Shown piece by piece: positions 38,284 through 52,547 of a DNA stretch of 64,000 nt. Every line of letters begins with the position of its first letter. Positions within the stretch are counted from its first letter, which is position 1. The stretch lies in the NCBI GenBank assembly GCA_965204875.1, contig OZ242020.1, positions 2,475,729 to 2,539,728 on the forward strand, in the 5' to 3' direction. The notes below the pieces were generated by a model. It was not told the DNA's origin. It saw nothing but the letters and a program-made list of their open reading frames with translations, and searched no databases. This DNA is from Candidatus Aldehydirespirator sp. Its GTDB lineage: Bacteria > Actinomycetota > Acidimicrobiia > Acidimicrobiales > Aldehydirespiratoraceae. The position numbers and the translations under genes are program-made.

Positions 38284-39414
38284 ATGACAGACCTGGCGCC
38301 GGCCGGGCAGCCACAGCCGCCGCCGGCGGAGGTCGCCTGGTTCGCTGCGCTCTGTGACGACGACTACCGGCATCTCGGCGTGGCCGACCCGGCGCTGGCG
38401 AGCAGCTGGCAGCACTGCCGCGACATCACGCTGGCGGCCGACCGCAGCGGCTTCGACAACATCCTGCTTCCCTCGGGCTACACGCTCGGCATAGACGCCA
38501 CGGCCTTCGCGGCCGGCGTCGCGCCCCTCACCGAGCGCATCCGGCTGCTGCTGGCAGTGCGCATGGGCGAGCTTTGGCTGCCCCAGCTGGCTCGCCAGAT
38601 GGCCACCATCGACCGGATGCTCGGCGGCCGGCTGACCATCAACATCATCTCCAGCGACCTGCCCGGCGAAGCTCTCGAGTCCGCCCCCCGCTACCGGCGC
38701 ACCCTCGAGTGGATGCAGGTGCTGCGAACCCTGCTCAACGGCGAGCGCGTCGACTTCCACGGCGAGTTCGTCGATCTGGCCCTCGACCCTCCCAGAGCCG
38801 CGACCGTCTCGGGCCGCTGCCCGATGTTCTACTTCGGCGGCTTCTCCGAGGCGGCCAAAGAGACCGCCGCGCAGGGTGCCGACGTGTTCCTGACCTGGCC
38901 GGACACGGTGTCGGGAGTCGCCGCGACGGTCGAGGACATGAGGCGGCGGGCCGCGCGGCACGGCCGGTCGCTGCGCTTCGGGCTGCGCAGCCACGTCATC
39001 GTGCGCCAGAGCGCCGGCCAGGCACGTGCCGCGGCCGCGGAGCTGGTGAGCCGCCTGAACGACGACGTGGGCGCCGCCATCCGGGGCCGCTCCCTCGACG
39101 CCGCCTCAGCCGGGGTGCGCAGGCAGGCTGAGCTTCGCGAGCTAAGCGATTCGGACGGCTACGTGGAGGCCAACCTGTGGACCGGCATCGGCCGGGCGCG
39201 CTCCGGAGCGGGCGCCGCCATCGTCGGGGACCCCGGCGAGGTGGAGGCCAAGCTGCGGCAGTACCGCGGTGCCGGCATCGATGCGTTCATACTGTCGGGG
39301 TATCCCCATCTCAGCGAGTGCGAGAGGTTCGGCCGCCACGTGCTGCCACGGCTGGACCACGGACCCCTCCGCCCATCCGGAGAGCCTGGATCTCCCTGGC
39401 GGCCGCGGCCATGA
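38284..39414 (+). CDS. LLM-class flavin-dependent monooxygenase (SsuD/SfnG-like)
   Basis: Luciferase-like pattern (GFDNILLPSGY...RLTINIISS...FYFGGFSEAA...GYPHL). Confidence 0.8.
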   Translation: MTDLAPAGQPQPPPAEVAWFAALCDDDYRHLGVADPALASSWQHCRDITLAADRSGFDNILLPSGYTLGIDATAFAAGVAPLTERIRLLLAVRMGELWLPQLARQMATIDRMLGGRLTINIISSDLPGEALESAPRYRRTLEWMQVLRTLLNGERVDFHGEFVDLALDPPRAATVSGRCPMFYFGGFSEAAKETAAQGADVFLTWPDTVSGVAATVEDMRRRAARHGRSLRFGLRSHVIVRQSAGQARAAAAELVSRLNDDVGAAIRGRSLDAASAGVRRQAELRELSDSDGYVEANLWTGIGRARSGAGAAIVGDPGEVEAKLRQYRGAGIDAFILSGYPHLSECERFGRHVLPRLDHGPLRPSGEPGSPWRPRP

Positions 39415-39502
39415 CGGTGCGGCCATAACGGTCTTGCCGCCGCCGATCCTCTGAACTCCGGGAGAGCCCGAAACTCCCTGACGGGCTCAGCGAGCTCCGG
39501 GG

Positions 39503-40702
<1,200 letters not shown>

Positions 40703-40894
40703 TGTGTCTACGGGGTGTGTTGGCAGGGCTCCACGCGTTCGCAGGGCTGCACCTGGCAGGTTCGCCCCGGCAGTGTTCGCCCTGTTGCAGGGTCTTGCCT
40801 TCACAGCTCACCCTAGCGCGATCCGGATGGGCCGGGTATCGGGCACGGGCGCGACGGCCGCCACTCGGGTCGCTGCATGGGCTAGCTTCATGAC

Positions 40895-41275
40895 ATGAGC
40901 ATCCCCGAGCACCTGCGCTACTCGTCCGATCACGAATGGGCCTCGGCGGAGGGCGACGCCGTCCGCATCGGCATCACCGACTACGCGCAGGACGCGCTGG
41001 GCGACGTGGTCTATGTGGACCTGCCGCAGGTCGGCGATCAGCTGGAGCAGGGCGAGGCATTCGGCGAGGTCGAATCCACGAAGTCCGTGTCGGAGCTTTT
41101 CGCACCCGTGAGCGGTGTCGTCGCAGCGGTCAACGATGAGCTGTTCGGCGCACCCCAGCGACTCAACGAGGACCCGTACGGCGCGGGCTGGATATGCACC
41201 GTCACCTGCGACGACACCGCACAGCTCGACGGCCTGCTCGACGCGGCCGGCTACCGGACGCTGATCGAGGAGTAG
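40895..41275 (+). CDS. gcvH: Glycine cleavage system protein H
   Basis: FGEVESTKSVSELFAPVSG contains the lipoyl-lysine motif. Confidence 0.95.
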   Translation: MSIPEHLRYSSDHEWASAEGDAVRIGITDYAQDALGDVVYVDLPQVGDQLEQGEAFGEVESTKSVSELFAPVSGVVAAVNDELFGAPQRLNEDPYGAGWICTVTCDDTAQLDGLLDAAGYRTLIEE

Positions 41276-41282
41276 CGCCGCA

Positions 41283-41825
41283 GTGCCGACCCCGCCCTCT
41301 GGCAGCGGTGACAATGACCGCAGCGGCGACCTTGAGGCGGGCACGCGCACCGCTGCCGCTTCAGCGGCGGCCGCGGCGGCCGCGCCCGAGCGGGGCAGGG
41401 ACACCCGGAGCGATGACACCCGGGGCAATGACTCCCGGGACAATGACACCACGGAGCACGCCGTCGTCGATACGGGCACCCCGCCGGGAGGCGTGCACGT
41501 CGACCGCTCCGCCTTCGGACGCCACGAGGGGCTGTTCGTCGTGAACCAGGGGCCCAAGGCCGGCGCCCGCTACGCGCTCGACGCCGATCTGGTGTCGGTC
41601 GGGCGCGACCCTGATAGCGACATCTTCCTCAACGACATCACGGTGTCGCGCTGCCACGCCGAGGTGCGACGCGAGGGCGCCCGCTACTGGATACGCGACG
41701 CCGGATCGCTCAACGGCACCTACATCAACCGGCGCCTCGTCGAGGACGGCGAGCTCACCGAGGGCGACGAGGTGCAGGTCGGCAAGTACAAGCTCGTCTT
41801 CGTGCACGGGACGTCGCCGGTGTGA
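41283..41825 (+). CDS. garA: FHA-domain protein (GarA/OdhI-like)
   Basis: C-terminal FHA domain (VGRDPDSDIFLNDITVSRCHAEV...GSLNGTYINR) and a conserved position after gcvH. Confidence 0.8.
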   Translation: MPTPPSGSGDNDRSGDLEAGTRTAAASAAAAAAAPERGRDTRSDDTRGNDSRDNDTTEHAVVDTGTPPGGVHVDRSAFGRHEGLFVVNQGPKAGARYALDADLVSVGRDPDSDIFLNDITVSRCHAEVRREGARYWIRDAGSLNGTYINRRLVEDGELTEGDEVQVGKYKLVFVHGTSPV

Positions 41826-42610
41826 GCGCCGGATACCGGTCCATAGGCGAGGTGCTGTCCCTGCTGTCCTCCGAGCACCCCGAGCTGACGATCTCGAAGA
41901 TCCGCTTCCTGGAGAGCCAGGGCCTCATCGCACCGCAGCGCACGCCGTCGGGCTACCGGAAGTTCTTCGAAGCCGATATCGAGCGGCTCGACTGGGTGCT
42001 CACACAGCAGCGCGACCACTTCCTGCCCCTCAAGGAGATCAAGAGGCGCATCGCCGCGGGCGCGGTCACCTCCAGGCTGGCGAGGGGAGCCGCGCCGCTG
42101 GAGGATCCGGTGCCGCAGACTCCGTCGCTGTTCTCCCGCAAGCGGCCCGAGCCGGAGCCCGGCACGCCGGAGCCGCAAGGATCGCAAGGTGTGAATGCGA
42201 ATGTGACTGCGACTGCGCCGGATCTGCAGGGCTCGGTCAGCATGAGCGCCACGGAGCTCGCCAACGCCACCGGCACCGACGCCGACTTCATCGCCGAGCT
42301 CCGCAGGGTCGGTCTGATCGCGCCCGTCTCGCACGCCGGCGCCGGCGGGGAGCCCGCCTATGACCATGAGGCGCTGCTCACGTCCAGGATCGCCGCCGCC
42401 TTCGCGGCCCGCGGCCTGCCCGCGCGCGTCCTGCGCATGTTCAAGGTCTCCGCCGACCGGGAGGCGGGCGTCTACGATCAGCTGCTGGCAACGCTGCGAG
42501 CGCGCGGCGACACCGACCGGCTGCGCACCGAGTTGACCGAGATCGTGGATCTGGCGGAGTCGCTCCGCCGCCGGCTGCTGCGCCGGCTGATGCATCCCCA
42601 CTTGGACTGA
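41822..42610 (+). CDS. MerR-family transcriptional regulator (Rv1828-like)
   Basis: YRSIGEVLSLL...ISKIRFLESQGLIAPQRTPSGYRKF is a helix-turn-helix. Confidence 0.8.
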   Translation: MSAGYRSIGEVLSLLSSEHPELTISKIRFLESQGLIAPQRTPSGYRKFFEADIERLDWVLTQQRDHFLPLKEIKRRIAAGAVTSRLARGAAPLEDPVPQTPSLFSRKRPEPEPGTPEPQGSQGVNANVTATAPDLQGSVSMSATELANATGTDADFIAELRRVGLIAPVSHAGAGGEPAYDHEALLTSRIAAAFAARGLPARVLRMFKVSADREAGVYDQLLATLRARGDTDRLRTELTEIVDLAESLRRRLLRRLMHPHLD

Positions 42611-42693
42611 TGCCTCCCACATCGCTTCGCAGTGGCCGCTGGACTGGTGAGTCCGCGGATCCTCTGACGCCGCCACGCCTGGACTGATCTGAG

Positions 42694-43290
42694 TTGGCCC
42701 CCGCAGAGACGGCGGTCCCCGCGCCGCGGGTGCTGCTCACAGCCGAGCAGATCGATGAGACGGTGGCCCGGCTCGCCGCCGAGATGTCTGCCCGCTACCC
42801 CCACGGCGCGTTGCTGGTCGGCGTCCTGCGGGGGAGCGTGCCGCTGCTGGCCGACCTCGTGAGGGCCATGACACCTCCGGTGAACGTCGACTTCCTCGCC
42901 GTCACTCCCTACACGCCCGACTCGGGCCGGGTCCGCCTGCTCAAGGATCTCGACTTCGACATCGTGGGCCGTGACGTGGTGATCGTCGAGGACATCGTGG
43001 ACACCGGCCTGAGCACGGCCTTCCTCTGCAACGAGCTGCGGCGGCGAGGGCCGCGCTCGGTCGCCGTGTGCACGCTGCTGGACCGGCGGGCGCGCCGCGT
43101 CGTGCCCGTGGACCTCGCCTTCATCGGGGCCGAGGTGTCCGACGACTTCGTGATCGGCTTCGGGCTCGATCACGAGGGCCGGTACCGGAACCTGCGCCTG
43201 GTTGCGGCCGCGGACGTCGACGTCCTGGCCGCGGATCCCGACGCCTACGTGCCGCTCCTCTACGGGCCGAGCGTCAGTGGCCTGGGCTAG
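42694..43290 (+). CDS. hpt: Hypoxanthine phosphoribosyltransferase
   Basis: VVIVEDIVDTGLS is a PRPP-binding motif. TTG start. Confidence 0.9.
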   Translation: MAPAETAVPAPRVLLTAEQIDETVARLAAEMSARYPHGALLVGVLRGSVPLLADLVRAMTPPVNVDFLAVTPYTPDSGRVRLLKDLDFDIVGRDVVIVEDIVDTGLSTAFLCNELRRRGPRSVAVCTLLDRRARRVVPVDLAFIGAEVSDDFVIGFGLDHEGRYRNLRLVAAADVDVLAADPDAYVPLLYGPSVSGLG

Positions 43291-43309
43291 GATCTGCGCC
43301 GTGCAGCAG

Positions 43310-43801
43310 ATGGAGTTGATCGGCGTGCGCGTCGCGCTCCCCTCCAACGCGCCGCTGGTGCTGCTGCGGGAGATGTCGGACTCGGCCCGGCTGCTCCCGA
43401 TCTTCATCGGCGCCTCGGAGGCGACCGCCATCGCAATCGCCCTCGACGGGATCACCACGCCGCGCCCGATGACCCACGACCTGCTGCGAAGCGTCCTCGA
43501 GGAGCTCTCGACCGACGTCGAGCGGGTGGTCGTGACCGAGCTTCGCGACAAGACCTTCTATGCCGAGATGCACCTGGTGCGCAAGGGCGACCGCACCGTG
43601 GTGTCGAGCCGGCCGTCGGACGCCATCGCGCTGGCGGCCCGCACCGGCACTCCCATCTTCGTCGACGAGTCCGTGATCGAGGAGGCGGGGTACCCGGCCG
43701 ACAAGGTCGACTCCGCCGCCCGCGAGCAGGCCGACGAGGTCGTGGAGCAGTTCAGGGAGTTCATCGACTCGGTCTCGCCCGAGGACTTCGGCACCCAGTA
43801 G
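43310..43801 (+). CDS. Bifunctional nuclease family protein (DUF151, Rv1829-like)
   Basis: MELIGVRVALPSNAPLVLLRE...LPIFIGASEATAIA...RPMTHDL is the family pattern. Confidence 0.8.
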   Translation: MELIGVRVALPSNAPLVLLREMSDSARLLPIFIGASEATAIAIALDGITTPRPMTHDLLRSVLEELSTDVERVVVTELRDKTFYAEMHLVRKGDRTVVSSRPSDAIALAARTGTPIFVDESVIEEAGYPADKVDSAAREQADEVVEQFREFIDSVSPEDFGTQ

Positions 43802-43942
43802 CCGCCGAGACAGCCCACCGGTTCCCACGGGACGCCGATGCTTGCTTCGCTGATCGTGCGGCGGCTTGCGGTGACGCGGCGGGGTTGTTGACAGCCTCCT
43901 GCGGGATGCCGATGCCGGCACCTGCAGCCTCGCGGTCGGTGG

Positions 43943-43972
43943 TTGACTCGCCGCGGCGGGTGCCGTTACAGT
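43943..43972 (+). promoter_or_regulatory. Sigma-A-type promoter TTGACT-N18-TACAGT
   Basis: Both hexamers fit well. It lies about 135 nt upstream of the MerR ATG 44114. Confidence 0.5.
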
Positions 43973-44113
43973 GCTGGGACAGGTGACAGGCTCGTAACTC
44001 CCAAGATGTCATTACGACGGTTCCGTGGCGTGGACGCCCTCGGGGCGGTGCCGTCTTTCGATGTTGATTGTTGCGACTGCGTCACTGCCGTTGAAGCGAG
44101 CGAGGAGCAGCTC

Positions 44114-44665
44114 ATGAACACAACGACGGGCGACACCGCACCGGCGGGCGACTCAGCGATCCTTGAGTTCACCGGGCCGCGCGCCGCCAAGATCGCCGGC
44201 ATCAGCTACCGCCAGCTCGACCACTGGGACACCGAGGGCATCGTGCATCCCTCGATGTCTCAGGCGGAGGGCAGCGGCAGCCGGCGCCGCTACCGCTATG
44301 ACGACCTCGTGGAGCTGCGGATCGTCAAGAGGCTGCGCGAATCCGGCGTCCCGCTCAGGAAGATCCGCTCCATCTTCGACTACATCCGCAAGGATCTCGC
44401 CGAGGAGGTGGCTTCGGCCCGGCTCGTGATCGAGGGAGCCAACGTGGTACTCGTGCGCAGCGACGCCGAGCTGATCGACATGCTCCAGCGGGGGCAGGGG
44501 GTCCTGAACGTCCTGCCGCTGCTGAGCGTCAAGCAGGAGGTGGACGCGGCCATATTCGAGCTGTTCCCGCCCACGGCGGCAGAGGACCCCTCCGCGGGCG
44601 GCGCGGACACCGGCGAGGCACAGACGCACAGCGGCCGTCCGGCGGCGGCGGTGGGCGAGGGCTGA
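44114..44665 (+). CDS. MerR-family transcriptional regulator (Rv1830-like)
   Basis: SD GAGGAG lies 8 nt before ATG 44114. AAKIAGISYRQLDHWDTEGIV is a helix-turn-helix. Confidence 0.8.
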   Translation: MNTTTGDTAPAGDSAILEFTGPRAAKIAGISYRQLDHWDTEGIVHPSMSQAEGSGSRRRYRYDDLVELRIVKRLRESGVPLRKIRSIFDYIRKDLAEEVASARLVIEGANVVLVRSDAELIDMLQRGQGVLNVLPLLSVKQEVDAAIFELFPPTAAEDPSAGGADTGEAQTHSGRPAAAVGEG

Positions 44666-44758
44666 CGGCGGGGGTCGACAGGGTCTGCAGCCACCCGGCG
44701 CGATGTCGAGTGGATCGGCCGCAAGTACGGTCTCGCCCTGGCCGGGTGACATGCAGCC

Positions 44759-45835
44759 ATGACCTCTGAGGGCCGGCGCTCGCCGCTGCACGAGTCTCAT
44801 CTGGCCGCCGGTGCCCGGCTGGTGCCCTTCGGCGGCTGGGAGATGCCGCTGCAGTACGGCGCCGGGACGGTCGCCGAGCATCTGGCGTGCCGCTCGACGG
44901 CGGCGATGTTCGATGTCTCGCACCTGGGGACGGTGCGGGTGCAGGGAGCGGGGGCGTTCGAGGCGCTGCAATGGGCACTCACGAACGACCTGCGACGGAT
45001 CGGGCCGGGGGCGGCGCAGTACACGCACCTGCTCGACCGCTCGGACGCCTCCGTGCTTGACGACATCATCGTCTGGCAGACCGCGCCGGACTGCTTCGAC
45101 GTGATGCCCAACGCCTCCAACACCGACCGCGTGGTGTCGGCGCTGGCCGAGAGATCGGGCGGCTCGAGCATCGCGGACACCACCTCCGAGCGGGCCGTCA
45201 TCGCCGTTCAGGGACCGCAGGCCCGCCGGTTCGTCGCCGCGGCCGGCGGTCAAGCCGCCGCGGAGGTGGGGCGCTTCAAGGTCGCGCAGGTGCCCTTCGA
45301 CGGGGTGCCCGTAACAGTGGCCGGCACCGGCTACACGGGCGAGGACGGGATCGAGATGACGGTTCCCGTCGAGCACTCCGGCGCGGTCTTCGACAGGCTG
45401 CTCGACGCAGGTGTTCAACCCGCCGGGCTGGGCGCGCGCGACACGCTGCGCCTGGAGGCCGGCCTGCCGTTGCACGGCCATGAGCTCGGGCCGGGCATCA
45501 CGCCTCTGCAAGCCGGCCTCGGTTGGGTGGTGCGCTGGGACAAGGGTGACTTCCGCGGCCGGGCCGCGCTGGAGGCCGAGCGTAAGGCGGGGCCGGCGCG
45601 GCGCCTGCGAGGGCTTCTCGCCGGGGGGCGGCGGCCGCCCCGTGACGGCTGCGCGGTGCGGCGCGGCGAGATCAACGTGGGGGTCGTCACCAGCGGGAAC
45701 TTCTCGCCCGTGCTCGGCCGCGGCATCGCCCTGGCGCTGATGACACCCGAGACCGCCGTCGGCGACCAGGTGACGATCGACGTGAGGGGCCGGGAACTGC
45801 CCGCCGAGGTGGTCAAACCTCCCTTCTACCCCTGA
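44759..45835 (+). CDS. gcvT: Glycine cleavage system aminomethyltransferase T
   Basis: PLHESHLAAGARLVPFGGWEMPLQY...FDVSHLG...GYTGEDG motifs. Confidence 0.95.
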   Translation: MTSEGRRSPLHESHLAAGARLVPFGGWEMPLQYGAGTVAEHLACRSTAAMFDVSHLGTVRVQGAGAFEALQWALTNDLRRIGPGAAQYTHLLDRSDASVLDDIIVWQTAPDCFDVMPNASNTDRVVSALAERSGGSSIADTTSERAVIAVQGPQARRFVAAAGGQAAAEVGRFKVAQVPFDGVPVTVAGTGYTGEDGIEMTVPVEHSGAVFDRLLDAGVQPAGLGARDTLRLEAGLPLHGHELGPGITPLQAGLGWVVRWDKGDFRGRAALEAERKAGPARRLRGLLAGGRRPPRDGCAVRRGEINVGVVTSGNFSPVLGRGIALALMTPETAVGDQVTIDVRGRELPAEVVKPPFYP

Positions 45836-45984
45836 GCCCGCGAGCCGCCTCCAGAGCTCGACGGCTGAGCCCCGGCATATGAGTCCCAGCCTGTATCGGG
45901 TCCGTTGCGCTGGTGGGGTGGTGTGGCGAGGGGCTGATGGGCGGTGCGGCGAGCGGGTGATGGGTCGCTCGTATGCTGGCGGGC

Positions 45985-47100
45985 ATGTCCAGCACGTTCG
46001 GCACGCTGTTCAGGGTCACGACCTTCGGCGAGTCCCACGGAGGTGGTGTCGGAGCGGTCGTTGACGGCTGCCCGCCGCGGCTCGCGCTGGATCCGACCGA
46101 CGTGCAGGCCGACCTCGACCGCAGGCGTCCGGGTCAGAGCCGCTTGGTCACCCAGCGCAAGGAGTCCGACACCGCCGAGATCCTCTCAGGCGTCTTCGAC
46201 GGGCGCACCACGGGCACCCCGATCGCGCTGCTCGTGCGCAACTCCGACGCCCGCCCGGAGGCCTACGAGCACCTGCGTGATGTTTACCGGCCCTCGCATG
46301 CCGACTACACCTACGATGTCAAGTACGGCTTCCGCAACTGGGCGGGAGGCGGGCGCGCCTCGGCGCGCGAGACTGTGGGGAGGGTCGCGGCGGGGGCCAT
46401 CGCCCGCCGGCTGCTGGAGGAGGTTGCGGGCGTTCAGGCGCTGGCCTGGGTGCGCTCCGTGCATTGCATCACCGCCGACATCGATCCCTCGGCGGTGACA
46501 CTCAACGACGTTGAGGCCGATCCGACGCGCTGCCCCGACCCTGCTGCGGCACAACGCATGACCGGTGCCATCGATGCGGCCCGGCGTGATGGCGACTCGC
46601 TCGGCGGGGTCGTGGAGTGTGTGTGCCGCAACCTGCCCGCGGGCTTGGGTGAGCCGGTGTTCGATAAGCTTGATGCCGCCCTCGCCGGAGCCATGCTGTC
46701 ACTTCCGGCGGCCAAGGGCTTCGAGATCGGCAGCGGCTTCGGCGGCACCCGCCTCACCGGCCTGGCACACAACGACCCGTTCGAGCCTGCCGATGCCGCG
46801 GCCCCGGGCCGGATCCGCACCGCGTCCAACCACTCCGGGGGCGTGCAGGGAGGCATCTCCAACGGCGCGGACATCGTGCTGCGGGTGGCGTTCAAGCCGA
46901 CCTCGACCATCGCCTCGAAACAGCAGACCGTTACCCGCTCCGGCGAGGCGACCACCCTGGCGGCGCTGGGCCGTCACGACCCGTGCGTGCTGCCCAGGGC
47001 CGTTCCGATGGTGGAGGCGATGGTGCTGCTCGTGCTGGCCGACCACTGGCTGCGCCAGCGAGCCGTCGACGTCCTGGCACCCCTTCCCGAACTGCCCTGA
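45985..47100 (+). CDS. aroC: Chorismate synthase
   Basis: [23 protein letters not shown]... The -10-like TATGCT (45972..45977) ends 7 nt before ATG 45985, which suggests a leaderless start. Confidence 0.95.
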   Translation: MSSTFGTLFRVTTFGESHGGGVGAVVDGCPPRLALDPTDVQADLDRRRPGQSRLVTQRKESDTAEILSGVFDGRTTGTPIALLVRNSDARPEAYEHLRDVYRPSHADYTYDVKYGFRNWAGGGRASARETVGRVAAGAIARRLLEEVAGVQALAWVRSVHCITADIDPSAVTLNDVEADPTRCPDPAAAQRMTGAIDAARRDGDSLGGVVECVCRNLPAGLGEPVFDKLDAALAGAMLSLPAAKGFEIGSGFGGTRLTGLAHNDPFEPADAAAPGRIRTASNHSGGVQGGISNGADIVLRVAFKPTSTIASKQQTVTRSGEATTLAALGRHDPCVLPRAVPMVEAMVLLVLADHWLRQRAVDVLAPLPELP

Positions 47101-47231
47101 GCCCGCCGGCGCAAGCCGCGCAACCGTCACCAAGTCTTGCCCGGCCTTGCCGAGCCGCAATGGGAGCGAGATCCGGGCTGCGCTTGCTCCGCATCTGCCC
47201 CGCTCTGGCGTCACCTTCGTTGCTCGCCGGC

Positions 47232-48593
47232 CTACAGCTCCAGGAGGGCTTGCTCGACCACCTCGGGCAGGGCGGGGTGGATGTAATACTGCTCTCGGGC
47301 CATCTGGTCGACCGTCAGGTCGAAGTGCATTCCCTGGATCAGCTGCTGGATCAGGGTGGACGCCTGGGGCCCGATGATGTGCGCCCCGAGCAATCGCCGG
47401 GTGTGGGAGTGCGCGATCACCTTGACCACGCTCTCGGTGTCCTCCATCGCCCACCCGTAGGCGGCCGAACCGTAGGGCTGCACGTGGCTGCGGTAGGGGA
47501 TCTGCCGCCGGCGGCACTCCCGCTCCGTCAGGCCGACGCTCGCCACTTGGGGGTGGCCGAACACCGCGCTGGGGATGTAGCGGTGGTCGACGCTCATGGG
47601 GTCGTCCGTGTGGGTCAGGTTGTGGCGCACCACCCTGGCCTCGTGGTTGGCCACATGCTTGAGCTGCACGGGGTTGGCCACGTCGCCCAGCGCCCACACG
47701 CCCGGCGCGCTGGTACGGCACTGGCCGTCGACGACCACGTATCCGGCGTCGTCGGTGTCGATGCCCGCCGCCGCAACCCCGATCCGGTCGCTGTTGGGCA
47801 CCCGCCCCGTCGCCACTAGCAGCACGTCCGCGCGCAGCTCCGCAGGCTCGCGGTCGCCGCACCGCACTGTGAGCACCACCTCGGAGCCGTCGCGCCGTGC
47901 CGCCAGCACCCGGCTGTTCATTCGCACGTCGAAGCGGCGGCTGTAGGCCGCGGTGAAGCGGCCGCGGATCTCGCCGTCGGCGCGGCGCAGGAACGTGTCG
48001 CCGCGCAGCACGAAGGTGACCTGCGACCCGAAGGCGCCCATCACCGATCCGAGCTCCGCCGCGATGTAGCCGCCTCCCAGCACCAGGAGCCGCTCGGGCA
48101 GCTCGTCGAAACGCATGATCGTGTCGGAGGTGTGGTAGCCGCAGCCGGCCAGGCCGGGCACATCGGGAATCGAGGGCCGGGCCCCCGCGGCCACGACCAC
48201 CCGCTCGGCGGTGACCGTCTCGGCGCCCACGTCCACCGCCCGCGGCCCGACGAAGCGCGCCGTGTGCGGGTAGACGGTGACGTTGGGGAGCTGCTCGCGG
48301 TAGCGGCGCCCGTCCTCCGATATCGGGTCGATCCGGCCGAAGATGCGGTCGCGCACCGCCGGCCAGTCCACGCCGTCGAAGCTGGTGCGCAGTCCCAGGC
48401 GCTCGGAGTCCGCGGCCTGCGCGGCCACCTCCGCCGCGTGCACGAACATCTTGGACGGGATGCATCCCACATTGAGGCAGGTGCCGCCGAAGGGCCCGTG
48501 CTCGGCGATCGCTATGTCCCAGCCGTCGTGCTCGGGCCCGATGACCGAGTTGCCCGAGCCGGCACCGATGATCAACAAGTCGAAGCCGCGCAC
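47232..48593 (-). CDS. mtr: Mycothione reductase-like pyridine nucleotide-disulfide oxidoreductase
   Basis: FDLLIIGAGSGNS...GPFGGTCLNVGCIPSKMFV closely parallels M. tuberculosis Mtr, from memory. GTG 48593 is preferred because the track start 48647 lies in a repeat. Confidence 0.8.
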   Translation of the reverse strand: MRGFDLLIIGAGSGNSVIGPEHDGWDIAIAEHGPFGGTCLNVGCIPSKMFVHAAEVAAQAADSERLGLRTSFDGVDWPAVRDRIFGRIDPISEDGRRYREQLPNVTVYPHTARFVGPRAVDVGAETVTAERVVVAAGARPSIPDVPGLAGCGYHTSDTIMRFDELPERLLVLGGGYIAAELGSVMGAFGSQVTFVLRGDTFLRRADGEIRGRFTAAYSRRFDVRMNSRVLAARRDGSEVVLTVRCGDREPAELRADVLLVATGRVPNSDRIGVAAAGIDTDDAGYVVVDGQCRTSAPGVWALGDVANPVQLKHVANHEARVVRHNLTHTDDPMSVDHRYIPSAVFGHPQVASVGLTERECRRRQIPYRSHVQPYGSAAYGWAMEDTESVVKVIAHSHTRRLLGAHIIGPQASTLIQQLIQGMHFDLTVDQMAREQYYIHPALPEVVEQALLEL

Positions 48594-48766
48594 CGAGCCG
48601 AGCACTCTAGTCCCGCACGCATCGCGTGGGTCACGCAGGTCCCGCACGCATCGGGTTGGTCACGCATGCACCGCGGCTTGCGGATCACTACAGCGGGCGT
48701 CGCAGCCTGCTGCCCGCGTGGGATCCTCACACACTTCCGGTCCCGCACGCATCGCGGCTTGCGGGA

Positions 48767-49625
48767 TCAGGTGCCTGTGAAGTTGGGCGCCCGCTTCTCG
48801 GCGAAGGCCCGCGGGCCCTCCTTGGCGTCGTTGGATCTGAACACGGCCTGGCCGTAGTCCCATTCGTGGCGCAGCGCCTCGTCGAGTTCCATCCCGTCAC
48901 ACTCGTGGAGTGTCCGGGTGATCGCCGCGGTGGCCAGGGGGCCGTTGGCCGCGACGGTGCCTGCGATCTCCAGCGCCGCCTCCAGCGCCTCGCCATCGGG
49001 GACCATACGGCCGATCAGGCCGATGGACAGAGCCTCCGCGGCGCTCAGATGCTTGCCGGTGAGCAGGATCTCAGCGGCCTGCGTGTAGGGGATCTGCCGG
49101 GGCAGCCGCACCGCCGAGCCTGCCATCGGGTAGAGCGACCACCGCGCCTCGCTCACCCCGAAGCGGGCCGACTCGCCGGCGACCCGGATCTCGGTGGCCT
49201 GAAGGATCTCGGTGCCGCCGGCTATCGCCACGCCCTCGACCGCCGCCACGATCGGCTTGGTCGGCCGGTAGTGGCGGAACAGGGCCTTGTAGACGATGTC
49301 GGGATCCTCGGCCATGCGCGCCCTCGTGTCGAGCGGGTCGCCGCTGGCGGCGTCGCCGGCCATGGCCCGCAGATCGGCTCCGGCGCAGAAGTTGCCGCCC
49401 GCGCCCGTGAGGACGATGCAGCGGATGCCGGGGTCGGCGGAGGCCTGCTCGTAGGCGTCGTACATGCGGATGAGCATCGCCCCGCTGATCGCGTTCATGC
49501 GCTCGGGCCGGTTCATGGTGATGATCATCACCGCGCCGTCGCGCTCGATCAGGGCGTCGTGCGTGGCGTCGGGTGCCGTGTCCGGCTTGGCGTCGGGTGC
49601 CGCAGTGTGCGCAGCATCGGGCTGA

Positions 49626-49633
<8 letters not shown>
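48767..49633 (-). CDS. Enoyl-CoA hydratase/isomerase (crotonase family)
   Basis: [15 protein letters not shown] and [10 protein letters not shown] are oxyanion-hole motifs. Confidence 0.85.
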
Positions 49634-52526
<2,893 letters not shown>

Positions 52527-52547
52527 GGCCCGAGTGCAAGCGGGCGG

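Noticed and set aside
40805-40894. Glycine riboswitch upstream of gcvH (also checked 44666..44758 before gcvT and 52527..52547 before gcvP)
   Set aside because: None of the leaders contains the GGAGAG...CACCGAAGGGGCAA-type cores. The gcvP leader is only 21 nt.
44006-44113. In-frame 36-codon N-terminal extension of the second MerR gene containing a DCCDC cysteine cluster
   Set aside because: ATG 44006 has no Shine-Dalgarno, whereas ATG 44114 is preceded by GAGGAG at the right distance. The extension is kept only as an untested alternative.
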